Source: an uncultured Chloroflexia bacterium
Lineage (GTDB): Bacteria; Chloroflexota; Limnocylindria; Limnocylindrales; CSP1-4
Direction of reading: 5' to 3'
NCBI GenBank assembly: GCA_963813535.1
Contig: CAWEZH010000002.1
Coordinates: forward strand, 1,664,001-1,728,000
DNA length: 64,000 nt
Shown: piece by piece, positions 33,240-42,551 of the stretch
Layout of the letters: every line of letters starts with the position of its first letter
Numbering within the stretch: the first letter of the stretch is position 1
The notes under the pieces: model-generated
Told to the model about the DNA's origin: nothing
Databases searched by the model: none
What the model saw: the letters and a program-made list of their open reading frames with translations, nothing else
Program-made: the position numbers and the translations under genes

Positions 33240-34505
33240 ATGCCTGAACGAGACCCCAGCCGTCGCGCGGTCGTGACCGGTCTCGGCGCGATCATGCCGA
33301 TCGGGAACGACTTCCCGACGTACTGGGCGAACCTCCGGGCCGGCGTGACCGGCACGCGGACGATCCGCAGCTTCGACGCGTCGCAGCACGAAGTCCGCAT
33401 CGCCGCCGAGGTGCTCGACTTCGACCCGACGAGCGTCATGGAACCCAAGATGGCCCGCCGGATGAGCCGCTTCATCCACCTGGCGATGGGCGCCGGCAAG
33501 GAGGCCGTCGCCGACTCCGGCATCGACTTCGCGGCGATGAGCCAGGAGCAGCGCGACCGGGTCGGGGTCGTCGTGAACACGGGTGGCGGTGGGATCGAGC
33601 AGATCATCGATGGCACGCACGTGCACGACCAGAAGGGTCCGAGATTCGTGTCTCCGTTCGCGGTGCCGGCGTTGTCGGGCTCGATGGGGGCCGCGATGCT
33701 GTCCATGGAGTGGGGTCTGACCGGGCCCGTCATCACGCAGGTCGCGGCCTGCGCCACGTCCGTCATCGCGTTCCACGACGCGCTGCGGCTGATCCGCGAC
33801 GGCGAATGCGACGTCGTCATCACCGGCGGATCCGAGGCGCCGATCTGGCCGATGGGCGTGGCGGCGCTCGCGAACATGACGGCGCTCTCGAAGCGGAACG
33901 ACGAGCCCGAGAGCGCGTCCCGACCGTTCGACGCCACACGCGACGGCTTCGTGCTCGGCGAAGGTGCCGGGGTCACCATCGTCGAGTCGCTCGAGCATGC
34001 TCGGAACCGTGGCGCGACGCCGATCGCCGAGATCATCGGCGGCGCGCTCACCGCGGACGCGTTCCACATCAGTGCGCCGGAGCCGACCGGCCGTGGCCAG
34101 GCACGCTCGATGACCAACGCCATGCGTCACGCTGGCATCGCGCCCGACGAGGTCGACTACATCGTGGCCCACGGCACAGCCACGCCGCTCAACGACGTGA
34201 CCGAGACCCGCGCGATCAAGACCGCCTACGGGGACCACGCGTACAAGGTCGCGATCAGCTCGCCGAAGTCGATGATCGGCCACCTCGTCGGTGCCGCGGG
34301 GATCGCCAGTGCTCTCGCCGCGGTGGGCGCGATCCGGGATCAGGTCATCCCGCCGACCGCGAACCTGCGCACGCCCGACCCGGAATGCGACCTCGACTAC
34401 GTGCCCGTCACCGCCCGGAAGGCGAAGGTCGAGACGGTCGCGGTCGATGGCTTCGGTTTCGGCGGCCAGAACGCCGTCACGATCTTCCGAAAGCTGGTCG
34501 ACTAG
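33240..34505 (+). CDS. fabF: Beta-ketoacyl-ACP synthase II (second paralog)
   Basis: AACATS, HGTAT, GHLVGA, GFGFGGQN. Confidence 0.9.
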   Translation: MPERDPSRRAVVTGLGAIMPIGNDFPTYWANLRAGVTGTRTIRSFDASQHEVRIAAEVLDFDPTSVMEPKMARRMSRFIHLAMGAGKEAVADSGIDFAAMSQEQRDRVGVVVNTGGGGIEQIIDGTHVHDQKGPRFVSPFAVPALSGSMGAAMLSMEWGLTGPVITQVAACATSVIAFHDALRLIRDGECDVVITGGSEAPIWPMGVAALANMTALSKRNDEPESASRPFDATRDGFVLGEGAGVTIVESLEHARNRGATPIAEIIGGALTADAFHISAPEPTGRGQARSMTNAMRHAGIAPDEVDYIVAHGTATPLNDVTETRAIKTAYGDHAYKVAISSPKSMIGHLVGAAGIASALAAVGAIRDQVIPPTANLRTPDPECDLDYVPVTARKAKVETVAVDGFGFGGQNAVTIFRKLVD

Positions 34506-34553
34506 GCCCTACCCGGCACAGTCAGGACCGCCGCACCAGCCGTCGAGCGAACG

Positions 34554-35039
34554 TTATCGCAGGGAACGGCCCTCGTGGGTCTCGATGGCAGCGATGAAGG
34601 ACTCCCCCAATGGGGCCGGGCGGTCGGTGCGGTAGTCGTAGCGGACCATGACCGACTCGCTCGTGGCGACCAGGCGCGGCGATCCGCCCGGGCCGCGCGC
34701 CGTCAACCGATGCTCGAGCGTGAATGACGTCCTCCCGAGGCGGGTCGCGCGCGTCTCGACCGTGACTGTATCGGTGTGGTAGACCGGCGCGCGATAGGTG
34801 ATCCGGGCCTCGGCCAGGATGAGGCTCTCCGCCCCCTCGTGGCCGGCCGCGACAGGTTCGCCAGTCACGTCGGACCAATAGCGGATCCGGGCCATCTCGC
34901 AGTACGTCAGGTACACGGCGTTATTGACGTGGCCCATCGCGTCGGTGTCGGCGAATCGGACAACGACATCGCCCCGGTGGGCGAAGTCGCCCGCCAGGTC
35001 GCGCGGGTCGTCGGGCGTCTCGATGCGTCCGTGAGCCAT
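34554..35039 (-). CDS. Acyl-CoA thioesterase (4HBT hot-dog fold)
   Basis: VRFADTDAMGHVNNAVYL. Confidence 0.92.
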   Translation of the reverse strand: MAHGRIETPDDPRDLAGDFAHRGDVVVRFADTDAMGHVNNAVYLTYCEMARIRYWSDVTGEPVAAGHEGAESLILAEARITYRAPVYHTDTVTVETRATRLGRTSFTLEHRLTARGPGGSPRLVATSESVMVRYDYRTDRPAPLGESFIAAIETHEGRSLR

Positions 35040-35046
35040 GGCGGCC

Positions 35047-37747
35047 TCAGTCTGGCGGCTGGACGACCAGCGTGCCGACCATCCCCGACTCGGCATGGCC
35101 CGGCACCGTGCACAGGATCCGGTAGGTGCCCGGATCGTCGATCCGGAACCTGATCCGCTGGGTCTGCCCCGGTCGCGCTGCCGCGTCGACGTTCGCGAGG
35201 CCCTCGGCTTCCCAGTCGTGGAAGACCGGGTCGTCGTTGCGGAATGACAGCGCCACCGTCGTGCCCGCCTCGACGGACAGGTCTGCCGGTTCGAATCGGA
35301 GATCGCGGGCGACCACCGACACCTGGCTCGCGCCCTCCTCGATCCAGCGATCCGCGGCCATCCCGAGGCCGGCGACCCCGAAGGCGGCGAGCGCCACCGC
35401 CACGAGGAACGAGGCTTCCCTGAGGCGGGCCACGCGCGCGCGACGGACGCGATGCTCTGCCTCGGGTCGTGCGTCGTAGGCGCGCAGCCGAAGAGCGTTC
35501 GCGACGACGGTGACCGAAGACAGTGCCATCGCACCCGCCGCCATCCCAGGTGACAGGGCGATGCCGAACGCCGGGATGAGGACCCCCATCGCGACGGGGA
35601 TCAGCACCACGTTGTAGGCGAACGCCCAGAAGAGGTTCTGGCGCACCGTCGTCATGGTCGCCCGCGACAGGCCGATCGCCGTCGGCACACCACGTGGGTC
35701 GGCGTGCATCAACGCGACCCGGGCCGTTTCGATCGCGATATCCGTGCCGGTCCCGATGGCGATGCCGACGTCGGCCTGCGCCAGCGCCGGAGCGTCGTTG
35801 ATCCCATCGCCCACCATCGCGACCGTCCGACCGCGGCCCTGGAGACGCCCGACGATGGACGCCTTGTCCTCAGGCCGGGCGTCCCCGACGACGCGGTGGG
35901 CGGGGATCCCCACCTGGCCCCCGACGGCCAGGGCGGTCGAGCGCGCATCGCCAGTCACCAGCCAGACCTCGATGCCGGCACGCGCCAGCTCACGGACGGC
36001 GGCCGCGGACTCGGCGCGGACCGGATCGGTGATCCCGACGACCCCGGCTGCCCGACCGTCGATCGCGACCGATGCGATGGTCCTGCCACTCTCGCCGGCG
36101 GCCGCGATCGCGGCCTCGAGCGGTTCCTGTTCCACGCCCTCCGCGACCAGCCAGCGGACGCTGCCGATCGCCACGTCGCGAGGCCCGTCGGCCGCATCGA
36201 CCGTTCCTCGGACACCACCCCCAGCGACGACCCCGATGTCGCGGACCGGGAGGAAGCCGAGCTCGCGCTTGTTCGCGTACGCGACGATCGCGGCGCCCAG
36301 AGGGTGCTCGCTCGCTCGCTCGACCGACGCGACCAGGTCGATGAGCGTCCGTTCGTCGGTGCCCGGGGCGGTCACGACCTCTCTGACTGTCGGTCGGCCG
36401 AGAGTCAGCGTCCCGGTCTTGTCGAAGACCACGGCGTCGATCCGCTCAGCACGTTCGAGCACGTCGCCGCCACGGATGAGGATCCCGGCCTCGGCGCCAC
36501 GACCGGTACCGACCATGACCGCCGCAGGCGTAGCGAGACCCATCGCGCACGGGCAGGCGATGACGACGACGCTGATGAACGCTGTGAGCGCGAGGGTCAG
36601 CCGCGGCTCCGGGCCGGCGAGGAACCAGATCGCGAACGTCGCCGTGGCCACGACCAGCACGATGGGTACGAACGCCTCGGCGATCCGATCGGCCAGGTGC
36701 TGGATCGGCGCCTTGCTGCCCTGCGCCCGGCGCACCGCGTCGACGATCCGTGCCAGGGCGGTGTCGTGGCCGACACGCGTCGCGCGCATCAGGAACGTGC
36801 CGGTCCGGTTCAGCGTCGCCCCCACGACCTCGCTGCCCGGCTCGGACCTCGACGGGCATCGGCTCGCCGGTCAGCATGCTGGCGTCCACGGCCGACGCGC
36901 CCTCGACGACCACCCCGTCGACCGGCACCTTCTCGCCGGGACGGACCCGCAGGAGGTCGCCGACGACGACACCCTCGAGTGGGACGTCGGTCTCGTGGCC
37001 GTCGGCGACGAGGCGCGCGGTGGTCGGCTGGAGGCCGATGAGACGGCGGATCGCCCCGGCCGTGCCGGCCTTGGCCCGGCTCTCGAGCCAGCGCCCGAGC
37101 AGGACCAGCCCGATGATGATCGTCGAGGCGTCGAAGTAGGTCTCCGGGTGGAGCCCGGCCTCGTGGATGGCCTCCGGGAAGAGCGTGACGCCGACGCTGT
37201 ACAGCCAAGCGGCCGTGGTGCCGACGGCGATCAACGTGTCCATGTTCGCGGTGCCGTGACGGAGCGCCCGCCACGCCGCGCGGTAGAAGCGGGCGCCGGC
37301 CACGAACTGGATCACGGTCGCGGGGATCAGGGCGATCCAGTTGATCGTCTCCATCGGCACGCGCGTCTGGGGGACGAACATCGCGATCATGATCCCGATG
37401 GCGACCGCGATCGACGCGACGGCCTGGCGGAGCAGCAGCCTCGCCTCCCGATCCCGCCGCGCATCGTCGACCGCCGCCTCGTCGACCAGCGAGGTGTTCG
37501 ACGGCTCGGTGGTCGTCTGCTGCTCCCGCACGTCGTAACCGGCCGCCTCGACCGCGGCGACGAACCGGTCGGGTCCGGTCACATCAGGGAGGTACCGGAT
37601 CGTCGCCTGCTCCGTGGCGAGATTGACCGTGGCCTCCTCGACACCATCGGTCGCGCGGAGGAACCGCTCGATGCGGTTCACGCAGGAGCCACACGTCATG
37701 CCCTCGATCGGCAGCTGGATCTCAGCGTGGGAGGTGCTGTTTGTCAT
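35047..37747 (-). CDS. copA: Cu(I)-translocating P1B-type ATPase with C-terminal cupredoxin domain (frameshift at ~36835-36840)
   Basis: GMTCGSC (HMA), TGE, CPC, DKTGT, SEHP, GDGIND, YN, MALSS. The C-terminal domain has HDW...[11 protein letters not shown]. The gene is split over ORFs 36446-37783 and 35047-36825. Confidence 0.9.
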
Positions 37748-37762
37748 ACTCCCAGGGAGTAT
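37746..37762. promoter_or_regulatory. CsoR-like operator overlapping the copA -10 box and start codon
   Basis: Perfect palindrome ATACTCCC-A-GGGAGTAT. Minus-strand -10 TATACT at 37758-37763. Confidence 0.7.
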
Positions 37763-37806
37763 ACCGTGGCGGCATGCCTGCACCCACGGGGCGCAGACTG
37801 GGCGTC

Positions 37807-38382
37807 ATGGCAGATCGCATCGTGACGGCCGTCCTCGACGGGATCGGAGCGCCGTTCCGGATCGCGGCCACGGAGCGTGGGATCGTGGCGGCCGGTTGGC
37901 AGCCTGACAACGACGTCTTCGAGGGTGAGCTCCGGGCACGGCTGCACCTCCCCGTCGTCGCCCTCGCCGATGCTCCCTCGGACGACCCCGCTGCGCGCGT
38001 CCTGCGGGCAGCGTTGCCGACCGTCGAGGCGATCCTCCAGAGCACCCCAGCCGACGGCCGTGACCTTCCCGTCGACCTCGCCGACCGGCCCGACTGGGAC
38101 CGGCGCGTGCTCGGCGAGGTCCGCCAGGTCGACTGGGGCCGAACGGCCAGCTACGGCGACATCGCGAAACGGGTCGGAGCACCGCGTGCGGCACGGGCGG
38201 TCGGTGGCGCCCTGGGCCGCAACCCGATCTCGCTGCTGATCCCGTGCCACCGGATCATCGCGGGCGACGGCACACTCGGTGGATACGGTGGGACCGGCTG
38301 GATCGACCGCGACCGGCAGCTGTCGCGCAAGGAGGCACTCCTGTTGCGCGAAGGCGTCACGGTGCCGAGGCGCGCGGTCTAG
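37807..38382 (+). CDS. ogt: Methylated-DNA--protein-cysteine methyltransferase
   Basis: SYGDIA, ARAVGGA, NPISLLIPCHRII. Confidence 0.92.
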   Translation: MADRIVTAVLDGIGAPFRIAATERGIVAAGWQPDNDVFEGELRARLHLPVVALADAPSDDPAARVLRAALPTVEAILQSTPADGRDLPVDLADRPDWDRRVLGEVRQVDWGRTASYGDIAKRVGAPRAARAVGGALGRNPISLLIPCHRIIAGDGTLGGYGGTGWIDRDRQLSRKEALLLREGVTVPRRAV

Positions 38383-38466
38383 ACTCCCCAGCGACCGCCC
38401 GTCACGTCGGTCATCCCCGGGTCATCGAGCAACGGTACGGCGCCGTCCGGGCGCCCTGGAGGTCGC

Positions 38467-40300
38467 ATGACGGCAGCCTCGGTGCCCGCCGCCCCGTCGA
38501 TGTTCTCCGTCTTCCGCAAGCGCGATTTCTCGCTGCTGTGGCTTGCCCAACTGATCTCGACCGCGGGCTCGGCGCTGACCGACCTGGCCGCGGGCATCTA
38601 CGTCTTCCAGGTGACGGGCTCGGCGCTCGCGGTCGGGCTGACGCTGATGGTGACGGCAATCCCGAGCCTCGTCGTGGGGCTGCTGGCGGGCGTCTATGTC
38701 GACCGGCACGATCGCAAGAAGATCCTCATCTGGACGTGCCTGATCCAGGCGGTGATCGTCGGGGCCATCGCGTTCGTGCTCGGCATGGACGCCATCGCGA
38801 TCCCAGGGCTGTACGCGCTATTGCTGCTGAATGCGGGCGTCAAGCAGTTCTTCGATCCGGCGCACGAGAGCCTCATCCCCGAGATGGCCAGCGACGAGGA
38901 GCTGGCGGCGGCCAACTCGTTCCTGTCGATCGCCTCTTTCGGGTCCACCGCCATCGGCTTCGCGGGCGCCGGGATCCTCGCCAGCATCGACCTGCGGGTT
39001 GCGTTCGTCATCGATTTCGATCTCGTTCGTCGTGTGCGCGCTCCTGATCTCCCTGATGGGGCGCTACCCGATGCCGATCCCGGAAGACGAGGCCAGCGTC
39101 AAGGTCATCGTCGACAACCTCAAGTCGGGGCTCGGCGCGCTGTTCGGGATCCAGGTTCTCCGTTCGCTGTTCTTCGTCGGCGCGCTGATGTTCTTCTCGT
39201 TCGGACTCTGGAACGTCCTTCTGCTGCCGATGTCGCTACGCGAGCTGGACGCGACCGAATTCGAATACGGCCTCCAGGAGGGGCTCACGTCGGTCGGTTT
39301 CGTGATCGGATCCTTCTTCATGGCGCGCTTCTCGGATCGCCTGCCGGAGTCGCTGTGGGTGTTCGTCGGCCTGATCGGGATGGGCGTCTGCGGGCTCGCG
39401 TATGCGGCGGCGACGTCGGTTCCCGTGGCCATCCTGCTGGTGATGTTCTCGGGCTTCTTCAACTCGCCGACATCGGTGGCCCGTTCCGTCCTGCTCCAGC
39501 GGAATACGCCACGCGAGCTTCGCGGCCGGGTCTTCTCCACCTACTACGTCATGCGCGACGTGATCTTCCTCTTCGGCATGGCCGGCGCGGGCCTGGCCGA
39601 CATCATCAACGTCAGGGTCATGATCGCGTTCGCATCGATCCTGCTGTTCGGAGCTGCGGCCTACGCCCTGGTGGCGCCCGGCCTTGGTCTCGGCTCGTTG
39701 CGCGCCGCACGCGCCAGGCTGGCGGGTGCTGCCGGCGCGGCAGGGCTTGCGGCGGCCTCGTTCCGGCCGGCCACGCTCGCCGACTTCGACCTCCTGGTGG
39801 GCAAACTGCCCACGTTCGCCCGGCTATCGGGCACCCAGCGCGAAGCATTCCTGCGCGATGCGAGCATCCGCGACGTGCCGGCGGGGACGCGGATCGTGGA
39901 GCACGGGGACACCGCATCGTCGGCGTATTTCATCCTCGCCGGGACCGCGACGGCCGGCATCCCCGAGGAGAACGGCTACCGCGGTCTCTCCACGATGCAG
40001 GAAGGCGACTTCTTCGGGGAGATCGCGGCCCTGACAGGCAACCCGCGGACCGCCGATGTCGTCGCCGACACGGACACGACGCTGCTCGAGGTGCCCGCCG
40101 ACGCGTTACGCGCCACGATGCCGGTGCCCGAGATCCGGCGGCTCGTGTACTCGACGCTGGAGTCCCGACTGCAACGGACCGAGGCGGCCGACCTGCCCCG
40201 TCTCGCCGGCCCGGACCAGGAGGCGTTGCGCGACCTGCGGACCCCACGACCCAACGTCGACGCCGCGCCAGGCTCGTCGCAGGGCGAGGCGACCTCCTGA
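38467..40300 (+). CDS. MFS transporter fused to a C-terminal cyclic nucleotide-binding domain (+1 frameshift at ~39015-39017)
   Basis: MFS motif A GVYVDRHDRK, ELRGRVFS, multiple TM helices, cNMP cassette GDFFGEIAALTGNPRTADV. Joins ORFs starting at 38467 and 38831-40300. Confidence 0.88.
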
Positions 40301-40410
40301 AAGGGTGTCTCCTAGCCGACACCGATCCGGTCGCGTCCGGGCTACGGAGGATGGGCGTCCGGGGCGTACAGTTGCACGCAGCACCGTCACCCGTCACGGA
40401 GGAATGACCG

Positions 40411-40608
40411 ATGAAGAAGATCAGGCTCCCCAAGGAGGGGCTGGTCGAGCCCGAGGAGGGGACCCGCGGGGGCGACGGGTTCATCGACGAGAACGACGTT
40501 GAAGGCCACGGCCTGCCGATCACCGCGCCGCCCAGCATCGGCCAGCACGGCCCGGGCCACGGCGGCGAAGTCACGCCGACCGACAGCGACGAGGACACGA
40601 CCGACTAG
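40411..40608 (+). CDS. 65-aa acidic peptide with ENDVEGH motif (candidate precursor peptide)
   Basis: SD GGAGG at 40398-40402, -10-like TACAGT at 40367-40372, GC-rich third codon positions, followed by a hairpin. Confidence 0.75.
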   Translation: MKKIRLPKEGLVEPEEGTRGGDGFIDENDVEGHGLPITAPPSIGQHGPGHGGEVTPTDSDEDTTD

Positions 40609-40638
40609 CCGACGCCGTTTCCATTACCGCTTCGACTG

Positions 40639-40660
40639 CCGCCCGGCACCAGCCGGGCGG
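40639..40660. terminator. Hairpin between the convergent peptide and S8 genes
   Basis: CCGCCCGGC-ACCA-GCCGGGCGG. Confidence 0.6.
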
Positions 40661-40667
40661 TCGTGAT

Positions 40668-41486
40668 TCAGGTCGGGGTCGACGCCGTCGCAGCCAGCAG
40701 CGCCTTGATCTCGAACGGGGAGGCCGTCGGATAGCGCGATCGGAGCCGCGCCGCCTGCCCGGCCAGATGCGGCGCCGCGAACGAGTTGCCCGTCGCGCGG
40801 ATGCGGCCGCCGTCCCGCCATGCCACGTCGACGTCCACGCCGAGTGCGCCGAACTCGACCGGGGGTGACGGGTTGTAGAACCACGTGTCGGGATCGGGCA
40901 GGTCGTGCGCGGCTACCGACACCACGCTTGCGAACAACGACGGGTACGACGGACCCGGGACGTTGTTCGCGGCACAGACCAGCAGCGTGTTCGCGAAGTA
41001 GGACCGGTCGGCGATGTCGTGGAAAGCCGCGAACATCGACTCGCTCCGCGACGACAGGCTCAGGTTGACGACCGCGATCCCCTCCCCGACCGCCCATTCG
41101 ATCGCCGCTGCGAGAGCGCGACCCTTGCCCCGGTTGTCGGCGCCGAGCATGCGGATCGACACGATGTCGGCGCCCTGCGCCACGCCCGCCACGATCCCGG
41201 CACACGCCGTCCCGTGGCCGACGAGGTCGCGCGGCTCGAGGTCGTCGACGACGTGGGCGTCCTCGCCGTCGAGGTCGACCCGCAGGTGGCGACCGATCCG
41301 GCCCGCCACGGCTGGGTGATCGCCGTCGACCCCGGAATCGACGACGGCGACCGTGACCCCACGACCGTCGGCGTCACCGAAGACCGTCGCCCGATCGAGG
41401 CGACCGAACGGGGCGTCGGGGCGCCCGAGCGATTCGCGGGCCCCGCCGGCGAACGCGTCACTCCATGCGGGGAGTAGCACGGTCAT
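40668..41486 (-). CDS. S8 subtilisin-family serine peptidase, cytoplasmic
   Basis: Triad motifs VVDSG, GHGTACAG, GNSFAAP and oxyanion AANN. No signal peptide. Confidence 0.92.
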   Translation of the reverse strand: MTVLLPAWSDAFAGGARESLGRPDAPFGRLDRATVFGDADGRGVTVAVVDSGVDGDHPAVAGRIGRHLRVDLDGEDAHVVDDLEPRDLVGHGTACAGIVAGVAQGADIVSIRMLGADNRGKGRALAAAIEWAVGEGIAVVNLSLSSRSESMFAAFHDIADRSYFANTLLVCAANNVPGPSYPSLFASVVSVAAHDLPDPDTWFYNPSPPVEFGALGVDVDVAWRDGGRIRATGNSFAAPHLAGQAARLRSRYPTASPFEIKALLAATASTPT

Positions 41487-42265
41487 CGGCCGTCCCCGTG
41501 GACGCCGCGCGACCCACCTCGATGCCGGAGCAGGGCATCGAGCCAGTCGACCACGAGATCGATCGACTCCGGATCGACGTCGCGCAGCGCCGCGATCTTG
41601 TCCACGAGGCGCCAGGTCTGGTCGTCGTCAGTGGCCGCCGCGGTCGTCGCGCGGGCGACGAGCGCATCGATCGCCGCGGGGTCGCGGCCACCGTCGTCCG
41701 CGTCGGCGAGCTCGCGCAGGCTCGCGCCGAGGATCGTCGCGGCGTCGCGCTCGATGTGCTGTCGGCCTACCGCCGACGCGATCACGGTCGCGATCGACGA
41801 GGCGACGTCGATGTCATGGAGGGAGAAGGTGCCGCGCCGGCCGTCGAGCGCCTCGAGGACGCCCAACGTCGCCCGCGAGTCGACGATCGGCACGGCCAGC
41901 AGCGACGAGGGCACGTATCCGGATGCCTCGGCGACGGATCGCTCGAATCGGGGATCCGCGGCGACGTCGGCGACGGCCAGGGGTTGGCCGGTCGTGAACA
42001 CGTAGCCCGCGATGCCGACCTCGGGCTCGATGGCCATGCCGACGATGTCGCCGGCCGCAGGCCCGGCGGCAGCCCGGAACACGAGCCGCCCGGTCAGCGG
42101 GTCGTACAGGGCGATGGACGCTGCCTGCGACTCGAGGGCAGTCGCTGCCACCCGGGCCAGCGAGACGACGAGGTCGTCGCCTGCGGGGGCAAGCTGATCG
42201 GCGACGTTCAGGCGGTGGGCGATGGCGTCGAGCACACGCTCGACGTCGCCCGGCTCGAGGCTCAT
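41483..42265 (-). CDS. GAF domain protein
   Basis: ASIALYD, LVFRAAAG, GIAGYV, DVAADPRF, SLLAVPI, LGVLEAL. ATGA overlap with the S8 gene. Confidence 0.9.
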   Translation of the reverse strand: MSLEPGDVERVLDAIAHRLNVADQLAPAGDDLVVSLARVAATALESQAASIALYDPLTGRLVFRAAAGPAAGDIVGMAIEPEVGIAGYVFTTGQPLAVADVAADPRFERSVAEASGYVPSSLLAVPIVDSRATLGVLEALDGRRGTFSLHDIDVASSIATVIASAVGRQHIERDAATILGASLRELADADDGGRDPAAIDALVARATTAAATDDDQTWRLVDKIAALRDVDPESIDLVVDWLDALLRHRGGSRGVHGDGR

Positions 42266-42551
42266 CTGCGTGCGGCCATCGCCGGGCGACCGGCGTCGAT
42301 CCGCCCGTCGTCGACGCCGCCGAAGAGGCGACACGCACGCAGCGCCTCGCGCTTCCGGCCGGCTTCGGGCGACGCCACCACGACCCCATCGTACGCGGCG
42401 GGGACCGCCGCCAGCCGGTTGGATTCTGTTGCCAATCCGCACCAGTTGCCGCCAACGTCGGCTGGCCGACATGGGACGATCCCCGCCTGGCGCTACTATC
42501 CCTATCTGCGATCAACCACCCCGCACCGTCCAGCGGGCTCCGGAGGGGAAT

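Noticed and set aside
31926-34505. Type II PKS KS/CLF pair
   Set aside because: Both genes keep the catalytic Cys-His-His and look like FabF. No ACP, cyclase or tailoring genes are nearby.
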